A DNA stretch of 54,705 bases from Bigelowiella natans CCMP2755 (GCA_000320545.1 ADNK01001323.1:1-54705), one strand, 5' to 3'. Positions 13,824 to 22,949 are shown, counted from the first letter of the stretch. Made by a program: numbers and translations. The notes: generated from the letters alone by a model not told the origin.

Positions 13824-13931
13824 GCGACAATAGACTTGTCTCTTCTGTAAATTATAAGGCGAAAATATCTATGCGACATCCAACATTTCATCACGTACGA
13901 CTACGACGACGACGACGACGACAACGCCACA

Positions 13932-16106
13932 ATGGCTTCTTCGGTCGATGATGCAACGAGGAGCCCGATTCTTGCGCAGAAGAAAGAAGCAGCATTATCA
14001 CCATCTTTAGTCTCGTCATCATCAACTACTAGCTTTGCAGAGACCGTCGCCTCCCTTGTTATGGTCACTACAGCCGAACGATTTTGCAAGCTCTCTTGAC
14101 CCCCTGTTTTTCCCATGTCATCCAGGATGCGTACGATAAGCTGGAGAGGCGAGGAAAGCCCCAGCGGCAAGAATGGACAGTTCTGGCTGGGATTATACGA
14201 ACTCATGAGTGTGGAGAATCCGGAAGCATTCTATCATCTGACGTTATCTCCATTGCAACGGGCACCAAATGTGTTGGGAGGAAAAACATCAATCCGGTAG
14301 TAGTAGCAGTAGTAGTAGTATTATGTAGTACGAACACGTGGAGAATCGCTTTTGTACTAGTGGGAAGTAGCTTGAGTTCTAGCACAAGCCCTTTACCTCT
14401 TACCATATCTTATCTTACAACAATTATTCTTGGCAACAAACAGAACGGAGAGACGCTGAATGATCTCCACGCCGAGTCGCTCGTTCGACGTGCCTTCGTT
14501 CGTTATCTTCTAGAAGATATCAGGAAAGCAGCACATCGAGGAGGAGCCTCACAATCTGAGAATTTCGTAAAAGCTACTCAAGTTGAGAATATCGATTCTA
14601 GAGGAGAAACGGCTTACGCTTCTCCTCCTCCTCCTCCTCCTCCTCCTCCACAATCGCCACCTTCTCCTTCTTCAAAAGACGGCTTGAACAAGAGGCAGTG
14701 CTACTATCGCATAGCAGATGGCATCCGTTTTCATCTTTTCATATCTCAGCCGCCCTGTGGAGACGCATCGATCTATCATCGAACGAGTATCAGCAAAACT
14801 GGAGGAAACAGTGAAGAGAGGAAGGAGTTGGGAATTGGGAACAAAAGGAAAAAACCAGACAGCAGGGAGGGGATAGTCGATGAACCCTCATCATCAAGCT
14901 CACAGCAGCAGCAAGAACAAAGACAACAATATCACCAACAACAGCAACAACAGCACCCTAATTTGAACCAAACTGGAGCAAAGATTCTGCTTGATGACGA
15001 CTCAATAAATCTACGGAGGACAGTCAGAAGAGTGGGGAGGGAAGATGTGCAAAGGCAGCTCATCGGGTATTGCCCAAGTTAGATAAATATTTAGCAAATG
15101 TAACACTCACAGTTACTCTCTCACTCACCCACGCACGCACATATTTTTAAAACATCGAAATAATTTTCGTTAGTTACCGAAAACAGAGTTGGAATATCAC
15201 AGAATAGTAATGTAGTTTTCAAATTGAAATCTAAAATTAAGCGAGATGGACACTTATATCTCGGGACAAAAATTGGTGTCCTTAGTACCCTCCCAGTTTC
15301 GAAAAACTGAAGGAATTAACCATAGTATACATTCTTTAAGGGTTCCAAGATTGAAATCAGGCAGAAGTGATATTCCTAAGGTAGTTTATCGCCAGCATCA
15401 TCGTCACGTGTACTACTACTACTACTACTTCTACTACTACTACTACTACTACTACTGCTACTGCTACCTATAGTCAAGAGTCGATTTCTTCCGTTACTTC
15501 TTATTCATTATCACTATCTTCTTCTTCGTCTTCTTCTTCTTTTACTTATTCTCATCATTATTATACTAAAGCTGATATCTTTCAATTTGTCATCAATTAG
15601 GAGCTGAGAACTTTATCGATGAGTTGTAGCGACAAGATTGCAAAGTGGTTATTCTGCGGATGCCAGGGCGGGCTGCTTGCAAATCTAATTACGGGTCCAA
15701 TAAAGATCAGCACAATTGTCGTCTCAAAGCCGCACAATGCCTCCGTTGAAGTGGTATGCGTGGTGGTGGTATTGTAGCTACGTTGTTCTTATAATAAAAG
15801 ATGTTTATGAAGATGAGAATTGTCGTCATCATCCACGTTTTCAGTTCACATTAGAACCACTGCATTTCTGCTTCTAGCGCCATCATATCCCTCCTCCTAT
15901 TCCTCCTCCCTCCCCATAGTTCTGTCTTCAAAGTATACTAAGACAGAGATTTTGTGCATATAATGACAAACAAGTCTAGTGGACGCCAATTGTTAAGTAG
16001 CGTTTGGTTGCTATACATAGGCAAAAAACGCTATAGAAAGAGCGCTGTGGAAAAGAGTTGTTAATTGTAACGATCATCATTCCTTTCAGAAAAAGAGTGG
16101 CCTTGA

Positions 16107-16138
<32 letters not shown>

Positions 16139-17087
16139 ATTATGGGAGTAGGAGTACGAGAGGGAAGAGCTGTAGCAGTACAAGTAGTCTGGAATCGAAG
16201 AAGAAGAAGAAGAAGGATGAGAAGATATCGACACCTCCACGATTATTAATATGCAACCGACAGTATCCGCGAAGTTTGGCAAACATCAGGAATGATTACC
16301 ATAGTCATAGCAAGGAGACTAGCAGAAAAAATAAGAGAATCAGGTCAGAAAGCCAACATGATAAGGAGCAGATAAAAAGAAGAAAAGGAGAAATGGGAAG
16401 AAAAGTATCAAATGATATCAGAAGATCTCCATCAGCATGTGGATTAGCGCTGAATTGGTACAAAGGCGGAGCAGTGGAAGTGCTCGGTGGTACTACTGGC
16501 CGTAAGCAGGTAATGTCGCTATCTTAATCACTGTAGAAATCTTTTTCCGTTCCATATACGACTTTGTGGCTAAATGCATTGGTTTCCAACGTTTATTCTC
16601 TGAAGATGTTGTGAATAGGGGGCCAACATGCGACAGAAATCTATCAAAACATGCTCTCGACTGTGCAAGGCTGCTCTTTGGACTCTTTTCAGGGACGTAT
16701 ATGCAGGTTTTAATCTGTTACATGTCAATTGAGTTCTCCGTGAAGATTTACAGCAACAAAACGTAGGCATAAATGGAAAAAGCGTCTTCTCATCTTACTT
16801 TGAGGCAAAATCTTGCTCACGGTGGTACAGGGTAATGATAGCCGTTCGGAGATATCTCATTAATTTTTGACCAACCACATCTAGCGTAGTCTAGTAGTTT
16901 CTCTTGTATCTTCATGAGCATGTACGGGTTATAGTAAGTGTTTATCTGTCATTTGCTGTTAACAATCAAGGAACTGAAGTCAGATTTTAAGCTATCCATG
17001 CGGCAATGGGTACGTAAGGAAAGAGCGGACAAGATTTCCATTCTCAGCTCCCATCAATTTCAACAAGTGAATCGAAATATAAATTAA
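13932..17087 (+). CDS. ADAT1: tRNA-specific adenosine deaminase 1 (ADAT1/Tad1, A_deamin family) with low-complexity insertions
   Basis: KLERRGKPQRQEWTVLAGII, VISIATGTKC, LNDLHAESLVRRAFVRYL, FHLFISQPPCGDAS, RLKSGRSD, TLSMSCSDKIAKW, SACGLALNW, SRLCKAAL and YFEAK. Zinc ligands (H, C, C) and the catalytic E are intact. No dsRBD precedes the domain, which fits ADAT1 rather than ADAR. Stop at 17085-17087. Confidence 0.9.
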
Positions 17088-17229
17088 AATAGTTCAGGAC
17101 TAAATGGCAGCTATAAAGTGCTACATAAAGACACTTATCTAGTTATATTTCAGATGCCTGCTGTGATACTTCATCATACTAACCAAATAAATGGAAGTGG
17201 TGCATTTTTAATTTATGACAATATATTGA

Positions 17230-17442
17230 CTGGACTATGCCATCTGCTTACTTATGTAGCAGTCGTGACATATCAAGCTACATGCTACATGTGAACATAC
17301 TAGCATACATACTGTGCACTACACATCTAGCGTATGCTTACAAACATAGTATACTGCATTGTCCAGCGCTTGCAGGCGGTTGGGTTGTTTTTCGTCTAAT
17401 GTACACACGTAGTCATTCAAATACACGCACGTAGCTTCGATT
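17230..17442. repeat. Palindrome-dense block 3, interrupted by the LTR element (weaker continuation ~22094-22310)
   Basis: AAGCTACATGCTACATGTG, TACTAGCATAC, TGTGCAC, TCTAGCGTATGC and TGTACACACGTAG lie downstream of the ADAT1 stop. Confidence 0.6.
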
Positions 17443-17768
17443 TGTAGCGCGTACCACTACGCGGGCACAAGTCACGTGCGACAACAAAGGGGTTGTCGCG
17501 GATATAGAATATAGATAACGTAGATATTAATACAGCATAGGCACGTGGGTTCCGGCGGGACTCATGGCAGCACACCGGAAGTGTGCTGCCCCACGTGCGG
17601 CGGCATTCGCGAAAGCTTCGCGAATGATTACGCAGTGCACGATTTAATAAAAATATAATCTTTAATAAAAATAAACACAACTCTTCAAAAGGAAGCAAAC
17701 GTGCCTTTCCCCCCCCCTGCCTACTTGTGCACGTAGCGCCTCGGCCTGTGAACACCTTACGCGCAACA
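17443..17768 (+). repeat. 5' LTR
   Basis: TG...CA termini. No differences from 21768-22093 found by eye, including the C9 run. AT-rich island with AATAAA motifs at ~17645-17675. Confidence 0.97.
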
Positions 17769-17773
17769 ACCTT

Positions 17774-17791
17774 TGGCTTCCACACACGGGA
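17774..17791 (+). other. Putative primer-binding site (TGGCTTCCACACACGGGA)
   Basis: TGG starts 5 nt after the 5' LTR. The 18-nt reverse complement ends in CCA like a tRNA 3' end, but I could not assign a tRNA. Confidence 0.45.
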
Positions 17792-17807
17792 AACGATTTG
17801 ACTAACA

Positions 17808-20800
17808 ATGTCACAGCAGCTAGAAGAACAGCAGGACTTTGGCTCGCAGGCCGTGCAAGGGCACGAGCAGAAACAGGAAAGGAAGGGCGATACGGACGCT
17901 AAGGAAGGAGGAGGAACACCTCCACAGGCACCGCCGGGACCAGCACCCGGGATTAAGAAAGCAGATGCAGCAGCAGAGGCACTGGAGAACTTCTACGAGG
18001 CGGACGACGAGGACGTGGCCGCCGAAAGCAAGAAGGTCGTAATGGCATTACGAGCCTTGCGACCCAGGGCGAGCAACTACGCCAAACTGAAAGTATCGAT
18101 AGAATACAAGTATCAGACACATGATGTTTGGGCAGCTATCATGCAGGACATCATGGATTACGAAGCAGACTTACCTCCAGAGTGGGCAGCTTTGTTTAGG
18201 AACGACGGGGGTCTGGGCGCCTCGCGGGGGACGACCCAGAGCACCGTCAAGCAGCAGCAGCCGGTACAGCGGAACACCCAGTTCATGTCTGTTAAAACAG
18301 CACCGGTTATGATAACGAAATACAACGGGAAAAGAGGTGAGGCAAGGAGGTGGTGGAAGAACGCTAGGAGTATACTCTGCGACTTTACCCCTAACCCCAC
18401 CGAAAACGACAAGCTCAAATGGCTAGCTATAATAAAGCAAGCCATGGACCTTTACGAGACAGGCAGGACCCGGATCAGGCAGCTAGAGAAAATACACACT
18501 ACAGTTAGTGGACTACTCCTCGGACAGGATGCCCTAGAAAAATTAGGGGGGATCATATCATTCTACAATCACAAGATATACTTTGCTAAGTTGCCAAAGA
18601 AGTCAGGCAGGACCATCAGCCAGAACATGATACGGCTTGACGAGTGGACCTCTGAGTCAAGCGTTAATGCGTTAGAGTTTATGGACCTAGCGGACAACAA
18701 GCTACCTACACCTACCGAGCTACGGAAGAAGAACCCCGGCAAGACCATCCGACAGATAACGGAGCTACTGGACAAGACCCCCCCAGCTGATGATTGGGAT
18801 ATCGACAAAGGCAAAAAGTACATTAATAAAATATTAAACGAGAAGTACTCTGACATCACCAAGCCGACGACGAAGCCCTCCAGCAAGCTTACCCCAGTAA
18901 AGATCGAGCTAAAGAAGGGATACGAAGAGTGCATCATCAATGACCCAGAACATAGGCGACCGGAAGCGGACTGGGAAAAGATAGAGTGGCAGATCAATGA
19001 ATGGGCAAAGGAAGGGAAGATAGAGCCAAGCAACTCACCATGGAACGTGAGACATGTGCTAGCTAAGAAACCTACTTACCCTTTCTTCCGCCTGGCGCAC
19101 AACTTCATCCGCCACAACCGAGTAATAAAGAGGATCCAGACACCTACACCAAGGATAGATGACGTTATTGAACACGTCATAGGATACAAATACTACTCTT
19201 CCCTAGATAAAAATGAATCATACATGCAGACACCCATCCACAAAACCTCCCGCCCCATTACCGCGTTCTCCAGCAGGCACAGGAAGTGGCACTTCGTCGT
19301 ATTCCCTTACGGCCTAAGCATATCAGGGGATGCGTTCAGTAGTCAGAACTACAGGGCATACACACATGATGGGATGGCGTCTGTGTTGTGGGTGTTTGTG
19401 TTTGTGTATGTGGATGATGACATAATATGTACCAACACAGTCGTCGCTCAGATCTTCCTCCTGGAAAATATATTTATTAGGTTTGCACACTTCGGTTTTA
19501 CTATTAGACTGCAGAAGTGTACATTCCTAGCTACAAGAATCAAGTGGTGTGGATATTACCTGGAGCAAGGCCGCATCACCCCAAACCCCGAGAAAGTAGC
19601 AGCACTACAGCAAGCCCCTAAACCTAAGAATGCAAAGGAGTTAAAGTCATTCTTGCAGACTGCAGCTTGGATACTACGTAGGTTCTCCCCTACCTACGCT
19701 AGGACTGCAGCTGCTTTTACTACTGCTTACCGGAAGGAGAACTCTGTAGGCCTCAGCTTCGCTAAGGTGTGGGCCAAGGCTGGCCTTGATGCCCACTTCG
19801 ATAACCTAATAAAGTTATGCAGCAACACCCTATTGAATGCTAAGCTAGACACTACTAGACCAGCTACCCTATGGACAGACTGGTCTAAGCTAGGTATGGC
19901 TGCTGTACTTACCCAAGACCAGCAGATCATACGGGTGTGGGGCAGGGCCTGCACAGCAGCTGAGGCCAAGTACAGCCCTACAAAAGGAGAGTATAAAGCC
20001 ATGACTGAGGCGCAGAGGAAACTAAGATACTACCTGCTGTCGGTGCCCAGCTTCACCTTAATGACTGACCACAAGCCCCTCCTAGGCATCGACCGCAAGC
20101 TCGAAGCGCCTAACGATGAGTATGCAGCTATGAGGGCGGACACGGAAGAGTTTAGGGACAAGAGGACAGTGGTCTACGCACCAGGAGACAAGCAGCTTGC
20201 TGACTATTTCAGCAGGCTGTTCGAAAAGAAAGTCCCTACCCAGGTCACCCCTATGGTTAACGCGATTACCTTCGAGGACGGCGACTTCCTGCCTGAGCCA
20301 GAGGAGCTCCAGCACCTTCAAGAACACCTGGATAAATACAAACACAAGCATGAGGTACTTAGTGATAGGATATATGTATACACTAATAATGTTAGGCGTA
20401 CCTACGTGCCACGGCGGACCAGGGGAGCCCTTCTCTTTACCGCCCATGGACCTGCACACGTAGGAGAAAACCATATCACTGCTCTACTCTACCATTACTA
20501 CTGGCCCTACAAGCTAAAAGAGATAAGGACATACCTGCGTGGCTGCAGGTGCTCCAGCTTGAAGGCGGCAGGCGTCGCCACCAAGGAGTCCAGCAAGAGC
20601 CGTGCATCTAAGAAAATCAAAGCAAGGAACTTCTTAGATATCGTGCAAATTGATGTTTATAAGTACGATGGCTATCACTACCTTACCTTCGTTGATGTGG
20701 CCACTGGAAAGTGCTGGGTTAAAAAGATTATCAAGGTCAACGTTGCTAAGAAGAACAAAGGCTTATATAAGCAGAGGCTTACTAACTGCTACCGTACCTG

Positions 20801-21716
20801 GGAGTCTGAGCTCCAGGCTATCCCTGATGAAGTTAGCATAAACAAGATACCAAAGAAGTTACATGTGGATAATGAGACCTCTCTTCTACAGCTACCACAC
20901 CCTAATATTGATGCCTCACCTGTATACTATGCCCAGTCCAACTCCAAGGTAGAGCGACTCCACCGCACCTTAGCCAACCTAAGCAGGATAAATAGCACCA
21001 CACCAGACAAGATACAAGGGTTAGTAAACGACACCTTCACGTCTGGGGGAGGTATCAAGGATAAGGAGAGGGAAGAAGGCGACGACAACGACGACGATAC
21101 CGAGAGCGAAGACGAGAAGGTCCCGTACGATGGCCGAGTTCTAAAGGAAGGACAGTATGTTAGGGCCAAGGTAAATCTGAGATCGAGAAATAAACAAGAC
21201 CCCTTCTGGGGTGGCGTTGCAAAGGTTACCGAGAGGAAGGGGAGGAAGCAGTACTACATCTATGATGGGAACAGGGTCACCTTGCGCCACATCAGTCACC
21301 TAAAGAATTATGATATCGGTGAGAAGCTCCTAGAGGATGTTAAAGTAAACCCTACTGTGTGGGAGCGAGCAATGCCTTGTTTAGGACCCCGACCTAAGTT
21401 CGATGTGGAATATGGAAACAATAAGGTCAGGGTGAACGACGATTGGCGCATGAAGATTGTCTATCTAGGCTACCCTGGATTACGAAATATGGAGAGGGTA
21501 GCTATGAAAATAAAGGACGGAAAATATCAGCTACTCTACCTAGCTGTTCCCGACTTACCCTTTGAGCACTGGTATAAGGTCCTGGGGGACCTTGATGCAG
21601 AGGGCTGGTATGGACACGAACCTAAGGACGAAGGTGAGTTCTGGGTAAGCGACAAAGGAGATAAGGTTAGAGAGGAATCTATTACCTGGTGGTTGGTGAA
21701 GTTCCGAAAGCGATGA
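17808..21716 (+). CDS. Single Gag-Pol polyprotein, 1302 aa: short Gag, C-terminal protease remnant, RT, RNase H, integrase and a Dam-like C-terminal domain
   Basis: Gag-like TKYNGKRGEARRWW. RT has SSLDK, FPYGL and YVDD (aa 534-537, nt 19407-19418). RNase H has TDWS, GEYKAM, TDHKPL and ADYFSR. Integrase has an HHCC (AHGPAH...CRC), D949, D1021 and E1049. No stops or frameshifts. Confidence 0.95.
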   Translation: MSQQLEEQQDFGSQAVQGHEQKQERKGDTDAKEGGGTPPQAPPGPAPGIKKADAAAEALENFYEADDEDVAAESKKVVMALRALRPRASNYAKLKVSIEYKYQTHDVWAAIMQDIMDYEADLPPEWAALFRNDGGLGASRGTTQSTVKQQQPVQRNTQFMSVKTAPVMITKYNGKRGEARRWWKNARSILCDFTPNPTENDKLKWLAIIKQAMDLYETGRTRIRQLEKIHTTVSGLLLGQDALEKLGGIISFYNHKIYFAKLPKKSGRTISQNMIRLDEWTSESSVNALEFMDLADNKLPTPTELRKKNPGKTIRQITELLDKTPPADDWDIDKGKKYINKILNEKYSDITKPTTKPSSKLTPVKIELKKGYEECIINDPEHRRPEADWEKIEWQINEWAKEGKIEPSNSPWNVRHVLAKKPTYPFFRLAHNFIRHNRVIKRIQTPTPRIDDVIEHVIGYKYYSSLDKNESYMQTPIHKTSRPITAFSSRHRKWHFVVFPYGLSISGDAFSSQNYRAYTHDGMASVLWVFVFVYVDDDIICTNTVVAQIFLLENIFIRFAHFGFTIRLQKCTFLATRIKWCGYYLEQGRITPNPEKVAALQQAPKPKNAKELKSFLQTAAWILRRFSPTYARTAAAFTTAYRKENSVGLSFAKVWAKAGLDAHFDNLIKLCSNTLLNAKLDTTRPATLWTDWSKLGMAAVLTQDQQIIRVWGRACTAAEAKYSPTKGEYKAMTEAQRKLRYYLLSVPSFTLMTDHKPLLGIDRKLEAPNDEYAAMRADTEEFRDKRTVVYAPGDKQLADYFSRLFEKKVPTQVTPMVNAITFEDGDFLPEPEELQHLQEHLDKYKHKHEVLSDRIYVYTNNVRRTYVPRRTRGALLFTAHGPAHVGENHITALLYHYYWPYKLKEIRTYLRGCRCSSLKAAGVATKESSKSRASKKIKARNFLDIVQIDVYKYDGYHYLTFVDVATGKCWVKKIIKVNVAKKNKGLYKQRLTNCYRTWESELQAIPDEVSINKIPKKLHVDNETSLLQLPHPNIDASPVYYAQSNSKVERLHRTLANLSRINSTTPDKIQGLVNDTFTSGGGIKDKEREEGDDNDDDTESEDEKVPYDGRVLKEGQYVRAKVNLRSRNKQDPFWGGVAKVTERKGRKQYYIYDGNRVTLRHISHLKNYDIGEKLLEDVKVNPTVWERAMPCLGPRPKFDVEYGNNKVRVNDDWRMKIVYLGYPGLRNMERVAMKIKDGKYQLLYLAVPDLPFEHWYKVLGDLDAEGWYGHEPKDEGEFWVSDKGDKVREESITWWLVKFRKR

Positions 21717-21723
21717 AGGTCTA

Positions 21724-21767
21724 AGGGAATAAGGAAGGAAGGAAGGAGCAACGTGACTTGGGGGAGG
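21724..21767 (+). other. Polypurine tract region
   Basis: AGGGAATAAGGAAGGAAGGAAGGAG followed by GGGGGAGG directly abutting the 3' LTR. Confidence 0.75.
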
Positions 21768-22093
21768 TGTAGCGCGTACCACTACGCGGGCACAAGTCAC
21801 GTGCGACAACAAAGGGGTTGTCGCGGATATAGAATATAGATAACGTAGATATTAATACAGCATAGGCACGTGGGTTCCGGCGGGACTCATGGCAGCACAC
21901 CGGAAGTGTGCTGCCCCACGTGCGGCGGCATTCGCGAAAGCTTCGCGAATGATTACGCAGTGCACGATTTAATAAAAATATAATCTTTAATAAAAATAAA
22001 CACAACTCTTCAAAAGGAAGCAAACGTGCCTTTCCCCCCCCCTGCCTACTTGTGCACGTAGCGCCTCGGCCTGTGAACACCTTACGCGCAACA
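21768..22093 (+). repeat. 3' LTR
   Basis: Copy of the 5' LTR, preceded by a purine tract and followed by the GATT target-site duplication. Confidence 0.97.
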
Positions 22094-22807
22094 GATTGGG
22101 CGACCATCCATAATCCATTCTACGAATCCAACATGCAGCACATGGGCGGTAACAAGGTAGCAACTTTGGTCAAGCGAAACATAGGATGCAATGTATCATA
22201 ATAGTTGTTATGCACTTTAAGTACTTATTTATACATGTGGTTTGTGAATCATCACACATTTCTTCGTTCCAGCTGTTTGCATTTTCATGTCGACGCGTGC
22301 CATAGACTTCGAAAGACTATTTTTGTGATTTTCGTCTTTATTCGGTATGGATATTTTCTGATAGAAACTGAGGAAGAGCAGAGCATACACACTGGGGATT
22401 GTGCAAATGTCAGTGCTGCATGTGGTGAGTAGGTAGCCATGCACGGAACTGCCGACCGAGACAGGAAAAGAGTATCTACATGTTCCGTTGTTCCGAGGAG
22501 GAATCTTGTAATAATGGATGGTATTTTTATCTTGCGACAATCCAAGAGTGAGAATTAGCCAATTTGATACCCGTAGTTTTTGGTTGATACGTCGCAATGT
22601 AGAAAAGGCATGCTATAAGCAAAGATCACAACTTCTCAAGTCGGAAGAAGAGGGACAGTTCGTAGTTAGTAGTGAATAGGATTAGACCTATTCTGTTCGC
22701 ATCCTTGACTACTTCCCAGCTATGTTTTTTCACCGAGGTGATTTCCATAGTGGATGTTGTCTCATCACGGACATTGCGAAAGTCAGAAATTCATGAATAA
22801 ATTTCAT

Positions 22808-22849
22808 GGATTTCCGATTTCCTAGGATTTCCTAGGATTTCAGGATTTC
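22808..22849. repeat. Short tandem (GGATTTCCTA)-like repeats upstream of an (AAC)n tract
   Basis: GGATTTCC GATTTCCTA GGATTTCCTA GGATTTCA GGATTTC, followed by (AAC)n at ~22882-22950. Confidence 0.7.
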
Positions 22850-22881
22850 TTGGCTTTTTAAGACTAACAAAATTTTCCAAT

Positions 22882-22949
<68 letters not shown>

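Larger units (their letters stand above)
17443..22093 (+). mobile_element. Full-length Ty3/Gypsy-type LTR retrotransposon (4651 bp), very recent insertion
   Basis: Two 326-bp direct repeats (TGTAG...CAACA), flanked by GATT at 17439-17442 and 22094-22097. Single ORF with domain order RT-RNaseH-integrase. Confidence 0.97.

Noticed and set aside
13932-17087. ADAR (mRNA-editing) identity
   Set aside because: No dsRNA-binding domains upstream of the deaminase, and the N-terminus has the ADAT1-type KGKP..EWTVLAG segment.
17417-17785. Near-identical minus-strand ORFs of 122 and 128 aa (17417-17785 and 21721-22107)
   Set aside because: They are identical only because they traverse the two LTRs. They have no recognisable motif and differ at both ends, so they are probably chance stop-free frames.
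18456-18464. ETG (aa 217-219) as a mutated protease DTG
   Set aside because: It lies only about 20 aa from the LLGQD motif, whereas the retropepsin spacing is much longer, and the context is helical and Gag-like.
21336-21716. Chromodomain or env gene at the end of pol
   Set aside because: No chromodomain aromatic-cage pattern and no signal peptide or transmembrane segment. The ORF ends about 50 bp before the 3' LTR.
22700-22780. NDUFB3-like MSVMRQHPLWKSP frame on the minus strand
   Set aside because: The frame hits TGA immediately, and rescuing it would need a 14-nt intron.
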